NCBI GenBank assembly: GCA_045594905.1
Contig: JAZNZK010000015.1
Span: 144,960 to 208,959, forward strand
Direction of reading: 5' to 3'
From: Ruminococcus sp.
GTDB lineage: Bacteria; Bacillota; Clostridia; Oscillospirales; Ruminococcaceae
Length of the DNA stretch: 64,000 nt
Below the pieces are notes generated by a model. The model worked only from the letters and a program-made list of their open reading frames with translations, was not told the DNA's origin and made no database searches. How positions within the stretch are numbered: position 1 is the stretch's first letter; each line of letters starts with the position of its first letter. Positions 30,499 through 39,548 of this stretch are shown here, piece by piece. Position numbers and translations under genes: made by a program.

Positions 30499-31128
30499 AT
30501 GTTGGATTTAACGCCTGCACAGTGGGTATCTCACGCAATAACTCATCCCGTTGAGGGCTTTGAGGATATGCGGTGGAAAAAATCAGGCTCGCTGAAAATT
30601 GCTTTTTTTATCGTATTTATGCTGTTCCTTGCCAATATTGCAAATGAGCGTCTTTACGGTTTCCAGTTCTATACCCCATATGACAGAATTTTCAATGTTG
30701 TACCGTATATCGTTAAAAGTTTCATATTATTCGGCGCGTGGACGGTGGGTAACTGGGCTGTATGCACTCTCCTTGAGGGCGAGGGCACTATGAAAAATAT
30801 CTGCATTTACAGCGCTTATGCCCTTGTTCCCTATGTGGCGCAGATGTTTATAAATACCTTTCTCTCCCATTTTCTCATACGGGACGAGCAAATTTTCATT
30901 ACCCTGATTTCAATAATCGGTACAGGGTGGTCGGTGATACTCCTGTTTTCAGCTATAAAATCAGTTCATCAGTACTCCGCAGGCAAAACGGTACTGGCTA
31001 TAATCCTGACAATTGCCGCAATGCTGATTATGCTTGCTCTGCTTATACTTCTCCTCTCTCTGATTCAGCATGTGTTTATATTCTTCTCCTCGCTGTTTAC
31101 GGAGATTTCCTACAGGGTAAAGTCCTGA
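30499..31128 (+). CDS. Yip1-family membrane protein
   Basis: HPVEGF, NWAVCTLLEGEG, AYALVP, HQYS.GK; 5 TM. Confidence 0.8.
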   Translation: MLDLTPAQWVSHAITHPVEGFEDMRWKKSGSLKIAFFIVFMLFLANIANERLYGFQFYTPYDRIFNVVPYIVKSFILFGAWTVGNWAVCTLLEGEGTMKNICIYSAYALVPYVAQMFINTFLSHFLIRDEQIFITLISIIGTGWSVILLFSAIKSVHQYSAGKTVLAIILTIAAMLIMLALLILLLSLIQHVFIFFSSLFTEISYRVKS

Positions 31129-31141
31129 AAGGCGGTGGAAT

Positions 31142-33958
31142 ATGAAGAAAAAACTGAAAATATTCCTCCTTTGCCTCCTTGCCGTTTCAGCTTCCGCAGT
31201 TACGGGAAATTCCCTTGCTGATGAGGATATTCCTGCTCCTGATACCGAAATTTCCGAACAGGAGGGAGAAAAATCCTCTGTTTCCGCAAAGCTTTCTGAA
31301 TCTGTTGAAAAGGTCGATGTGCCCTATACGGATATTGCGGAATATCTGCAAAAAATCGGCACTGTTGAGGGCGTTGACATATACTTCAAGGCTAAGGATA
31401 TTGATGATATCATATGGAACAAAAACGGCGGCAAACCTGAAAAGAAATCAGATTATACTCCTGCACAGGATGCTCTCGACGACAAAATCAGCGATATAAA
31501 AAAGCTCGGGGATTTTGTTGCTGTTGACAGCAAATCCAAAAAAGTCATTGCGGATTTCGACGAAAGCAATAAGTGCGACGAGGGGAAAATATATGTCAGC
31601 GGCGGCGGTCGGTATCTTCTCTATGTAGATGAGGATATGACAAAGCCTCTGCGAATCCGTCAGGTGATTTCTACCATTGACAATCCTCTACTTTTCAGCT
31701 CCCTTGACGGAAAAACGCTGGAGCTTATGGATTCTGATTATAAAAATATCCTGTTTGCCTACAAAAAAAGCGGCATTGAGAATGGAAATGCCGTATATTA
31801 TACTGATGACAAAAAAAGCTTTGTATGGCTTACTTCTGATAATAAACAGGTAATTGCGGTTTCAAGAGTTTGTGCTGAAAATGCTGATTTCCGACTTCTT
31901 GTTGATGACCGTCTCGGAAACATTGCTCTCGAAAATAAGAAAACAGGCTATATATGGTGGTCTGCTCCCCTTGGTGCTCCACGGGACGAAAAGGCTACTC
32001 CTTTGCTTATAAATGAACTTCGTTCATCAAACAAGCTGACTTATGGCACTCCCTCAAAACATTCCACGGAAAATCTTCGTTCAGCTACAGAGGATTGCGA
32101 AATATCCGTAAAGGAGATCGAGGGCGGTGTGCGCGTCACCTACAGCTACAAAAAGGGATTTGAAATTCCTGTGGAATATACCCTTGAAAGCGACTATATA
32201 AAAGCAACGCTGAAAATCAGCGATATAAAAGAGCCTGACAACGAAAATATCATCACGGAAATGAATATAATGAACAGCTTCGGGGCGGCGGATATGTCCG
32301 AAAACGGCTATTTCATAATTCCCGACGGCTGCGGCGCTCTTGTGCGGTTCAACAATAAAAAAACTACAGAATCCGACGCATATTCTCAAAATGTCTATGG
32401 CAGGGATATCACTGCTGTTCCCACTCACAAGGGCTCTGTTACGGAGCAGATATATCTCCCTATGTATGCCATAGTCAAGGAGGATAACGCTATGCTGGTA
32501 ATCGCTGAAAAGGGCGATACCAACGCAAAACTTTCCGTCAGCGTGTCTGAGCAGTCAAACAGCAGCTATAATATGTGCGGATTCAGCTTCACTCTGCGCG
32601 GTACAGATACTTTCTATATGTCGGGCAGCAACGATAAATTTACGGTATTCGAAACAGGTGATATAAAAACTGACGATATCGAACTGCGATATTACCCCAT
32701 ATCTGCGGAAAATGCGGATTATACCCACGTTGCTGAAAGATACCGCAGATACCTTACAGAAGAAAAGGGTCTGACGAAAAAGACGGAATCGGGACAAAAT
32801 CCCGTGTATGTCTCCCTTTACGGCGGAGTGCAGATGAAAAAGGCTGTTTTCGGTATACCCGTAACTATGAAATCCCCCGTTACAAGCTTCGGACAGGGAT
32901 TGGAAATACTCACTGACCTTACCGAAAGCGGTGTTGAGGATATTGTTGTTTCCTACAAAAACTGGACAGATGACGGAATCGAAAACAAGGTTGATACATC
33001 AGCCACCCCTTCCGATACCCTTGGAGGAAAAACGGGATTTTCCGCTCTGACAGATTTCATTGATGAAAATGGCTATGAGCTTTATCCCATATCCGACAAC
33101 CGCGATTTTTATTCGGGGAATGGCTATAATTCCATAAATAACACCTGTGTGCGCATATCCGGCTCATACTCGCGCATTGTCAGCTATGACCGCGCTTATG
33201 ATATCCCCGACGGCTTCAAGGATAATATGTCCCTGCTGTCGCCTCATTATTACAATGAAGTTTTCGGCGATATTGCGGAAAGCTACAGCAAGGCAGGCTT
33301 ATCAGGGGTATGTATAGGGAATCTCACATCGTCCCTTTACGGCGACTACGGCAAAAAGGAAATATCCCGTGCTGACGCAAAAAACCTCGCTGTTGATGGA
33401 TATGAGATACTGTCGGAAAAGCTTGACAATGGCATACTTGCAGATACTGCAAATGCTTATGCTGTTCCCTACGCAAGCCATATAACCAATGTGCCACTCA
33501 GTTCAAGCAGATTTGATATATTCAATGAAGATATACCATTTTATCAAATGGTTTTCCACGGAATTGTGCCATATTCCACAACGGCTGTCAACGGCGATAC
33601 TGACCCTGATACTCTGATTCTCAAAGCGGCGGCTACGGGCAGTTACCTCAACTACGATATGCTCTATGAAAAAACAAGCGAGCTGAAAGATACGGAATTC
33701 GATGTATATTTCTACGCAAATTATGAAAATCAGATAATACCTGCCGCTGAGGAATATGAACTGCTAAAACCCATATATTCCGATATTTCAGAGGCTTTCA
33801 TAACAGGCTATGAAACGAAACGGGACGGAAATTTCATCACTGTTTCATATTCCAACGGTACGGTTATAAAATCTGACCTTGAAGAAAAAACCATAGATTT
33901 CAACGGTCAGCTTATTGACCTCGGAGCAATCAGGGAGGGAGGCTACGGTCTGCGATGA
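31142..33958 (+). CDS. Secreted DUF5696-like protein
   Basis: Signal peptide, GYIWWS, GYFIIPDGCGAL, VYGRD, IPFYQMVFHG.VPY; operon context. Confidence 0.75.
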   Translation: MKKKLKIFLLCLLAVSASAVTGNSLADEDIPAPDTEISEQEGEKSSVSAKLSESVEKVDVPYTDIAEYLQKIGTVEGVDIYFKAKDIDDIIWNKNGGKPEKKSDYTPAQDALDDKISDIKKLGDFVAVDSKSKKVIADFDESNKCDEGKIYVSGGGRYLLYVDEDMTKPLRIRQVISTIDNPLLFSSLDGKTLELMDSDYKNILFAYKKSGIENGNAVYYTDDKKSFVWLTSDNKQVIAVSRVCAENADFRLLVDDRLGNIALENKKTGYIWWSAPLGAPRDEKATPLLINELRSSNKLTYGTPSKHSTENLRSATEDCEISVKEIEGGVRVTYSYKKGFEIPVEYTLESDYIKATLKISDIKEPDNENIITEMNIMNSFGAADMSENGYFIIPDGCGALVRFNNKKTTESDAYSQNVYGRDITAVPTHKGSVTEQIYLPMYAIVKEDNAMLVIAEKGDTNAKLSVSVSEQSNSSYNMCGFSFTLRGTDTFYMSGSNDKFTVFETGDIKTDDIELRYYPISAENADYTHVAERYRRYLTEEKGLTKKTESGQNPVYVSLYGGVQMKKAVFGIPVTMKSPVTSFGQGLEILTDLTESGVEDIVVSYKNWTDDGIENKVDTSATPSDTLGGKTGFSALTDFIDENGYELYPISDNRDFYSGNGYNSINNTCVRISGSYSRIVSYDRAYDIPDGFKDNMSLLSPHYYNEVFGDIAESYSKAGLSGVCIGNLTSSLYGDYGKKEISRADAKNLAVDGYEILSEKLDNGILADTANAYAVPYASHITNVPLSSSRFDIFNEDIPFYQMVFHGIVPYSTTAVNGDTDPDTLILKAAATGSYLNYDMLYEKTSELKDTEFDVYFYANYENQIIPAAEEYELLKPIYSDISEAFITGYETKRDGNFITVSYSNGTVIKSDLEEKTIDFNGQLIDLGAIREGGYGLR

Positions 33959-34869
33959 AAAATAATAAAAAATCCTCCCGTATTTCCTACGAAAAAAGAA
34001 AGGCACTATATGGCTACGGCTTTATTGGCTTGTGGCTTGTGGGAACTGTTATCTTCTTCCTTGTGCCCCTTTTGACCTCTTTTATCTGGTCTTTCTGCGA
34101 TGTTACCATAGATACGGGAAATTCTACGCTGAAATGGGTGGGATTTGAAAATTTTGTATATTCCCTTACCACTGATCCGAAATATACAGAATGTCTTAAA
34201 TCAACACTTCTTGAAACTTTGTGGAAAACTCCGCTGATTGTAACATTTTCACTGTTTATTGCGGTTATTCTCAATCAGAAATTCCGCGGCAGAGCCCTTG
34301 CAAGAGCTATATTCTTTCTCCCTGTAATTATAGCTACAGGACCTGTTTACGCTATTATCAGCGGCGATATCAGTTCTACGGGCAATACAGGGGCAGGACA
34401 GTTTTCAACTATGTTTTCAACTAATATGGTCGGCGAATTACTGCAATTTCTGGGAATCTACGGCATTAGCGAGGATATGGGAACCATGATTTCCACTATC
34501 TCCGACAATATTTTCGGAATCGTATGGTCAAGCGGCATACAGATTCTCCTTTTCCTTGCGGCTTTACAGACAATTCCCACATCAGCAAGGGAAGCGGCTC
34601 AGCTGGAGGGCGCTACGGCTTGGGAATACTTTTGGAAAATCACATTCCCCTACGTCAGCCCATTTATATTGGTGAATTTTATATTCACTGTCATTGATTC
34701 CTTTACAAATCCCACAAACGCTGTAATGAAGCGAATACTTGCTCTCCGCGATGACTGGGAATTCGGAATTATTTCCTCAATGGCATGGCTTTATTTCGGA
34801 ATAATTCTCGCCGCTATAGGCATTGTTACTTTTATTGCAAATAAAATGATTTACTATGAAACAGAATAG
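33955..34869 (+). CDS. Carbohydrate ABC permease (MalF-like)
   Basis: RAIFFLPVII, EAAQLEGATAWEYFWKITFP. Confidence 0.93.
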   Translation: MKNNKKSSRISYEKRKALYGYGFIGLWLVGTVIFFLVPLLTSFIWSFCDVTIDTGNSTLKWVGFENFVYSLTTDPKYTECLKSTLLETLWKTPLIVTFSLFIAVILNQKFRGRALARAIFFLPVIIATGPVYAIISGDISSTGNTGAGQFSTMFSTNMVGELLQFLGIYGISEDMGTMISTISDNIFGIVWSSGIQILLFLAALQTIPTSAREAAQLEGATAWEYFWKITFPYVSPFILVNFIFTVIDSFTNPTNAVMKRILALRDDWEFGIISSMAWLYFGIILAAIGIVTFIANKMIYYETE

Positions 34870-34881
34870 GAGGTGCGGAAT

Positions 34882-35886
34882 ATGGCGGATAATTCTCCGA
34901 AAGAGCATAGGAGTATAAGCAAAAAAGAAGCTCGCCGCATACGTATGCAAACTATGTCAAAGACAGAAATAAGCTATCTTCGACGAAAAGAAGCGGCTGA
35001 AAGAATTTTCCCCGTCTTCCGCTTTGTCATACTTTTCGGACTTGGCTTTGTAATTCTCTATCCTCTTATTTATATGATAAGCTGCACATTCCGCGAAAGA
35101 GGCGATATGAACGACCCCACTGTTATGTGGATTCCGAGGAATTTTACGCTGAACGTACTGAAAGAAACCCTTGACGCTATGGGATTCCCCAAAACGCTTA
35201 TAACAACGCTGTTTCTCAATGTTGGCTGTGCTCTGGTGCAGGTGATATCCTGCGCAGTGACAGGCTACGGCTTTGCGCGGTTTAAATTCCGCGGACAAAA
35301 ACTGCTGTTTGCGGTTGTGATAATGATGATTCTCGTACCGCCGCAGGTTATCGCTCTGCCGCTGTACTCACAATTCAGAAACTTTGGCATAGGCAAATTT
35401 TCCGTGAATCTCATAGATACTATATTTACCATGTATCTCCCTGCACTGACGGGAAACGGAATACGGGCAGGTCTTATGATACTCATATTCCGACAGTTTT
35501 TCAAGGGACTGCCACGAGAATTAGAGGATGCGGCATACATCGACGGCTGCGGTCCTTTCAGAACCTTTGTGCAGGTTATGGTGCCCAATGCTGCTGCGGC
35601 ATTTCTCACGGTATTCCTTTTCTCTGTTGTATGGTACTGGAATGATTATTACGTAAGCGCTACGTTTTTCACTGATACCCGTACAATATCACTTATGCTC
35701 CGTAATCTTGACACGGAACTGAAACGGAGACTGTTTGACACGGTATCTGCTGAAATTTCTGTCCGTGAGCAGATAGTCTGGAAAGAGGCAGGCTGTCTTA
35801 TATCAATCACTCCCCTGCTGATAATGTATATATTCTTACAGAAACATTTCATCGAGGGTATTGAACGCTCAGGAATTGTGGGATGA
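34882..35886 (+). CDS. Carbohydrate ABC permease (MalG-like)
   Basis: LPRELEDAAYIDGCG, WYWNDY, FIEGIERSG; start may be GTG 34873. Confidence 0.93.
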   Translation: MADNSPKEHRSISKKEARRIRMQTMSKTEISYLRRKEAAERIFPVFRFVILFGLGFVILYPLIYMISCTFRERGDMNDPTVMWIPRNFTLNVLKETLDAMGFPKTLITTLFLNVGCALVQVISCAVTGYGFARFKFRGQKLLFAVVIMMILVPPQVIALPLYSQFRNFGIGKFSVNLIDTIFTMYLPALTGNGIRAGLMILIFRQFFKGLPRELEDAAYIDGCGPFRTFVQVMVPNAAAAFLTVFLFSVVWYWNDYYVSATFFTDTRTISLMLRNLDTELKRRLFDTVSAEISVREQIVWKEAGCLISITPLLIMYIFLQKHFIEGIERSGIVG

Positions 35887-35913
35887 TTATTTAATGAATA
35901 ATTATTATAGTTT

Positions 35914-35962
35914 TAAGGGGACGCTCTCTCTTGCAGAGCGTCCCCTTAGTCTGTAGAAAAAA
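35914..35962. repeat. Palindrome plus element-end motif between convergent genes
   Basis: taaggggacgctct-loop-agagcgtcccctta then gtctgtagaaaaaa. Confidence 0.65.
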
Positions 35963-35987
35963 TCATTATTTCAATGCGGAACGAAAT

Positions 35988-37304
35988 TCAGTTTTTTATT
36001 GGCAATTCCACAATAAACACCATGCCATTCCCCGAATTTACCGCCCTAATACTGCCCTTGTGATAGCTTACACCATGCTTTACAATAGACAAGCCCAGTC
36101 CCGTTCCCTCTATTTTTCGGGAGCGGCTTTTGTCCACACGATAAAATCGCTCAAATATACGGTCCATATGCTCCTCAGGAATACCAATTCCCGTATCAGT
36201 AACAGTAATAACCGCTTTCATGGGAATATGTGATATGCGGACGGTATATTTTCCGCCGTTTTTGTTATATTTTATAGCATTTTCGCAGAGATTGTATATA
36301 ATCTCACTGAGAATTGTCCTGTCTCCCGTTACAGTTACAGGCTCACCTATAAGCTCCGCAGAAACATTTTTATTGGAAGCTGCACCCGAAAGTCTGCCGA
36401 TTATTTCTTCCGCAAGACAGTAAAGCTCCACATCTTCGGGCTGTCTCGGGATATCCTTTTCGTCAAGTCTTGAAAGAGATACAATGTCATTTATAAGAGT
36501 TATGAGCCTTTGAGCTTCACGGCGTATATTTCCGCTGAATTCTACAACATTTTCCGCCTTAACAATGCCGCTTGCAAGCATATCCGCTGTGCCGTAAATG
36601 GTTGTCAGGGGAGTTTTCAGCTCATGAGATACATTTGATGTGAACTCGCGGCGCATTTTCTCCAAAGCCTGTTCCTCTGTTACGTCCATGATAAATACGA
36701 CGATTCCGTTGAGAGTGTCGGATATACTTGCGGGACTTGCAATTATTTTTCTGTCGCCCATTTCCGTTGATATTATAATATCCGACCGCAGACCGCCCAT
36801 AGCGTCCTGTATACATCGTCTGAACGGCTCGGCATTGCTAAGAGCGTAGATACTCTGCCCCTCGGTCAGCGGCTGAACTCCCAGAAGCTGATATGCGGCA
36901 GAATTGCAGGAGAGAATTGTTGTTTTCGGATCTGCAATAACAATACCGTCTTTCATATTTTCTGTGATGAGACTGAATTGCTCGCGGCTGTCGGTAAGCT
37001 CCGTCATATAGCGGTTTGCCCTGCCTGTCTGCTTTCTGAGACGGTCAAGAATAGGTGAAAGTTCGTTGTAAGCTTTCTTGGAATCAGGATTTGCTGTGTC
37101 AATATTCTTTATTGGCTGAACGATTTTTTTTGCCGCTAAAAAGGAAATCCCCACAAGAAGAATAATCATAACAGCCGCCGCTGCAATAATAAAACCGATA
37201 TGTTCAAGATTCTTTTTTCCGATGAGCAGCAAAGTGATGATTATAGCTGATATAAGCGAAATAACTGATGTAATAAATATGCTGAGAAAAATTCTTTTAA
37301 TCAT
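35988..37304 (-). CDS. phoR: PhoR-like sensor histidine kinase
   Basis: PAS, RREFTSNVSHELKTPLT, ENAIKYN, FERFYRVDKSRSR, GTGLGL. Confidence 0.85.
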   Translation of the reverse strand: MIKRIFLSIFITSVISLISAIIITLLLIGKKNLEHIGFIIAAAAVMIILLVGISFLAAKKIVQPIKNIDTANPDSKKAYNELSPILDRLRKQTGRANRYMTELTDSREQFSLITENMKDGIVIADPKTTILSCNSAAYQLLGVQPLTEGQSIYALSNAEPFRRCIQDAMGGLRSDIIISTEMGDRKIIASPASISDTLNGIVVFIMDVTEEQALEKMRREFTSNVSHELKTPLTTIYGTADMLASGIVKAENVVEFSGNIRREAQRLITLINDIVSLSRLDEKDIPRQPEDVELYCLAEEIIGRLSGAASNKNVSAELIGEPVTVTGDRTILSEIIYNLCENAIKYNKNGGKYTVRISHIPMKAVITVTDTGIGIPEEHMDRIFERFYRVDKSRSRKIEGTGLGLSIVKHGVSYHKGSIRAVNSGNGMVFIVELPIKN

Positions 37305-37980
37305 TTTTTTCTCCTATCCTGTAACCAACGCCGCGCACTGTTTCTATAAGCTCACCACATGAGCCAAGCTTTGAACGGAGTGTACGGATATGAACGTCAA
37401 CGGTTCGGCTTTCGCCTGAAAAATCATATCCCCAGATAAGACTGAGCAGCTCATCACGGGTATAAACTCTGTCCTTTTTCTTCATAAGCAGGCACAGCAG
37501 GTCGTACTCTTTAAGGGTGAGGAGAACTTTTTTCCCGTCAGCTATAACCTCGTGTTTATCCTGATTTATTGTGAGATTTCCAACAGAAATTGAATTATCA
37601 GGAATCTGCACAGGCTTCGACACACGGCGCAAAAGTGCTTTTATTCGCGATATAAGCTCCATAGTGCCGAATGGCTTTGATATGTAATCGTCAGCACCGC
37701 TGTCAAGTCCAAGAACTTTGTCAAATTCCGTACCCTTAGCCGTCAGGAGTATTACAGGCAGATTTGCGGTTTCGGGGTTGGAGCGGAGTTTTTTCAGAAT
37801 TGAGATTCCGTCCTCTTCGGGAAGCATAATATCCAGCAGAAGCAATTCAGGGATATTTTCGGAAAGCGCTGCAAAAAATTCCGAGGGCAGTTCAAATCCG
37901 ACAGCTTCAAATCCCGAATTATTCAGCGCATAGAGGACAAAATCGCGGATTCCGCTTTCATCTTCAAGCATATAAATCAT
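37297..37980 (-). CDS. phoP: PhoP/PhoB-like OmpR family response regulator
   Basis: LLDIMLP, GADDYISKPF, SRTVDVHIRTLRSKL, TVRGVGY. Confidence 0.85.
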   Translation of the reverse strand: MIYMLEDESGIRDFVLYALNNSGFEAVGFELPSEFFAALSENIPELLLLDIMLPEEDGISILKKLRSNPETANLPVILLTAKGTEFDKVLGLDSGADDYISKPFGTMELISRIKALLRRVSKPVQIPDNSISVGNLTINQDKHEVIADGKKVLLTLKEYDLLCLLMKKKDRVYTRDELLSLIWGYDFSGESRTVDVHIRTLRSKLGSCGELIETVRGVGYRIGEKND

Positions 37981-38049
37981 AGTTTCACCTACTCAAAAGA
38001 ATTACAATATATTAATTATAATCCATTTCCTGAAAAAATGCAAGAGAAA

Positions 38050-38084
38050 AACAGACCAACGTAAAATTTTCACGTTGGTCTGTT
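38050..38084 (-). terminator. Rho-independent terminator
   Basis: aacagaccaacgt-loop-acgttggtctgtt with U-tail on minus strand. Confidence 0.8.
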
Positions 38085-38095
38085 GATGTTGCTTA

Positions 38096-38230
38096 TTAGT
38101 GTTTGAGATTGTAAATAAATTCGCCTAAATCCTCTCCAATATTTGTTCCTGCATAATTAGAAAAAAAGACTAATAAAGCAAATAACAGAACAGATGCACC
38201 GATGCTTATACCTTTTAATTTTTTCTCCAT
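38096..38230 (-). CDS. Small membrane protein (44 aa, absent from ORF track)
   Basis: MEKKLKGISIGASVLLFALLVFFSNYAGTNIGEDLGEFIYNLKH; SD GGAGGA, own promoter and terminator. Confidence 0.8.
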   Translation of the reverse strand: MEKKLKGISIGASVLLFALLVFFSNYAGTNIGEDLGEFIYNLKH

Positions 38231-38303
38231 ATATTAATTCCTCCATTAGTAAAGTTAATATATTTTTATTATACCATATCCAACAGTGAAATGCAATATG
38301 TTT

Positions 38304-38873
38304 TTACAGATTAAGCGCAAATCCCGCAATAATACCCACAACCGCCGATGAAGCGATTATAATAATCGGGCTGATTTTTTTCTTTAATGTGAAGAAAAGT
38401 GCCGCCGCGAATATTGCAAGAGATACATAGAATGAAATTCCTGTAAATACCGCAGTTGTGAGCCCTGAGGGAAAGAATACCGTAAGTCCGATAGACACAA
38501 CAGCAGAGCCAATCATTCCGATAACAGCAGGTTTCAAGCCTGTCATACAGCCCTCTACCGCCTTGCTTTTACGGAATTTGTCAAAGCATTTTGCAACAAT
38601 GAGTATCACTATAAACGAAGGAAGAACAACGCCGAGGGTTGCACATATTCCGCCGATTATTCCGCCTGTTTCGTTTCCAACATATGTTGAAATGTTTATG
38701 GCAAAAGGTCCGGGAGTACTCTCGCTGACAGCGATAAAATCAACTATCTGCTCATTTGTCATCCAGCCTTTCTTAACAACAGCCTCCTGCACTAGAGGAA
38801 GCATAGCATAGCCGCCGCCGAATGTGAAAAGTCCTATTCTGAAAAAGGTGATAAAAAGTTCGAGTAAAATCAT
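38304..38873 (-). CDS. chrA: Short-chain chromate ion transporter subunit
   Basis: FTFGGGYAM, ESTPGPFAIN, LPSF. Confidence 0.92.
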   Translation of the reverse strand: MILLELFITFFRIGLFTFGGGYAMLPLVQEAVVKKGWMTNEQIVDFIAVSESTPGPFAINISTYVGNETGGIIGGICATLGVVLPSFIVILIVAKCFDKFRKSKAVEGCMTGLKPAVIGMIGSAVVSIGLTVFFPSGLTTAVFTGISFYVSLAIFAAALFFTLKKKISPIIIIASSAVVGIIAGFALNL

Positions 38874-39439
38874 TTGCCTGCCTCCTTTGCCTTATTTGCA
38901 GTTGTAAAGAAGTAGATAAGACCAGCAACAGCACAGCCGATTATTATAAATACCGCGTTTATGTCCGTGAATGCGGCAAAAACAAATGCTGCTGCCGCTA
39001 TGCAGTAGGCGAAAATATTTTTTGGACATTTCTTGTACATGGAAATCAAAGCCTTTATAATAAGCGCAAGAACTCCTGCACGTATGCCGAAAAATGCATA
39101 TTTTACTGCCCTGTAGCTGCTGAATTCACGGAGTACCATTGAAATTATGGTGATTATCAGAAACGAGGGCAGAACGACTCCCAGAGTTGCGCACATTGCT
39201 CCCAGAATGCCTGCTGTGCGGTATCCCACAAATGTTGCGGAATTTATGGCAATAGGTCCCGGAGTGGATTCCGCAATTGCCACGATTTCAAGGATATCGT
39301 CATCGGTAAGCCATTTTTTATTTTCGCATACTTCTTTTTGAATCAGCGGAATCATGGCATAACCGCCGCCAAATGTAAATGCTCCTATCTTGAAAAAAGT
39401 GAGGAACAAATCAAGTTTTCTGTTTTCTTTTTTTGCCAT
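38870..39439 (-). CDS. chrA: Short-chain chromate ion transporter subunit
   Basis: FTFGGGYAMIP, ESTPGPIAINSATFVG. Confidence 0.92.
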   Translation of the reverse strand: MAKKENRKLDLFLTFFKIGAFTFGGGYAMIPLIQKEVCENKKWLTDDDILEIVAIAESTPGPIAINSATFVGYRTAGILGAMCATLGVVLPSFLIITIISMVLREFSSYRAVKYAFFGIRAGVLALIIKALISMYKKCPKNIFAYCIAAAAFVFAAFTDINAVFIIIGCAVAGLIYFFTTANKAKEAGK

Positions 39440-39548
39440 AAATAAATCTCCTTAATTTATTAACAGATGCACGGAAACAGCCGAACTGTTAAAAAGTTCG
39501 GCTGCCTCCGCATTAGGTGGTTTATATGAAATTTGAGGATGTCATTAA

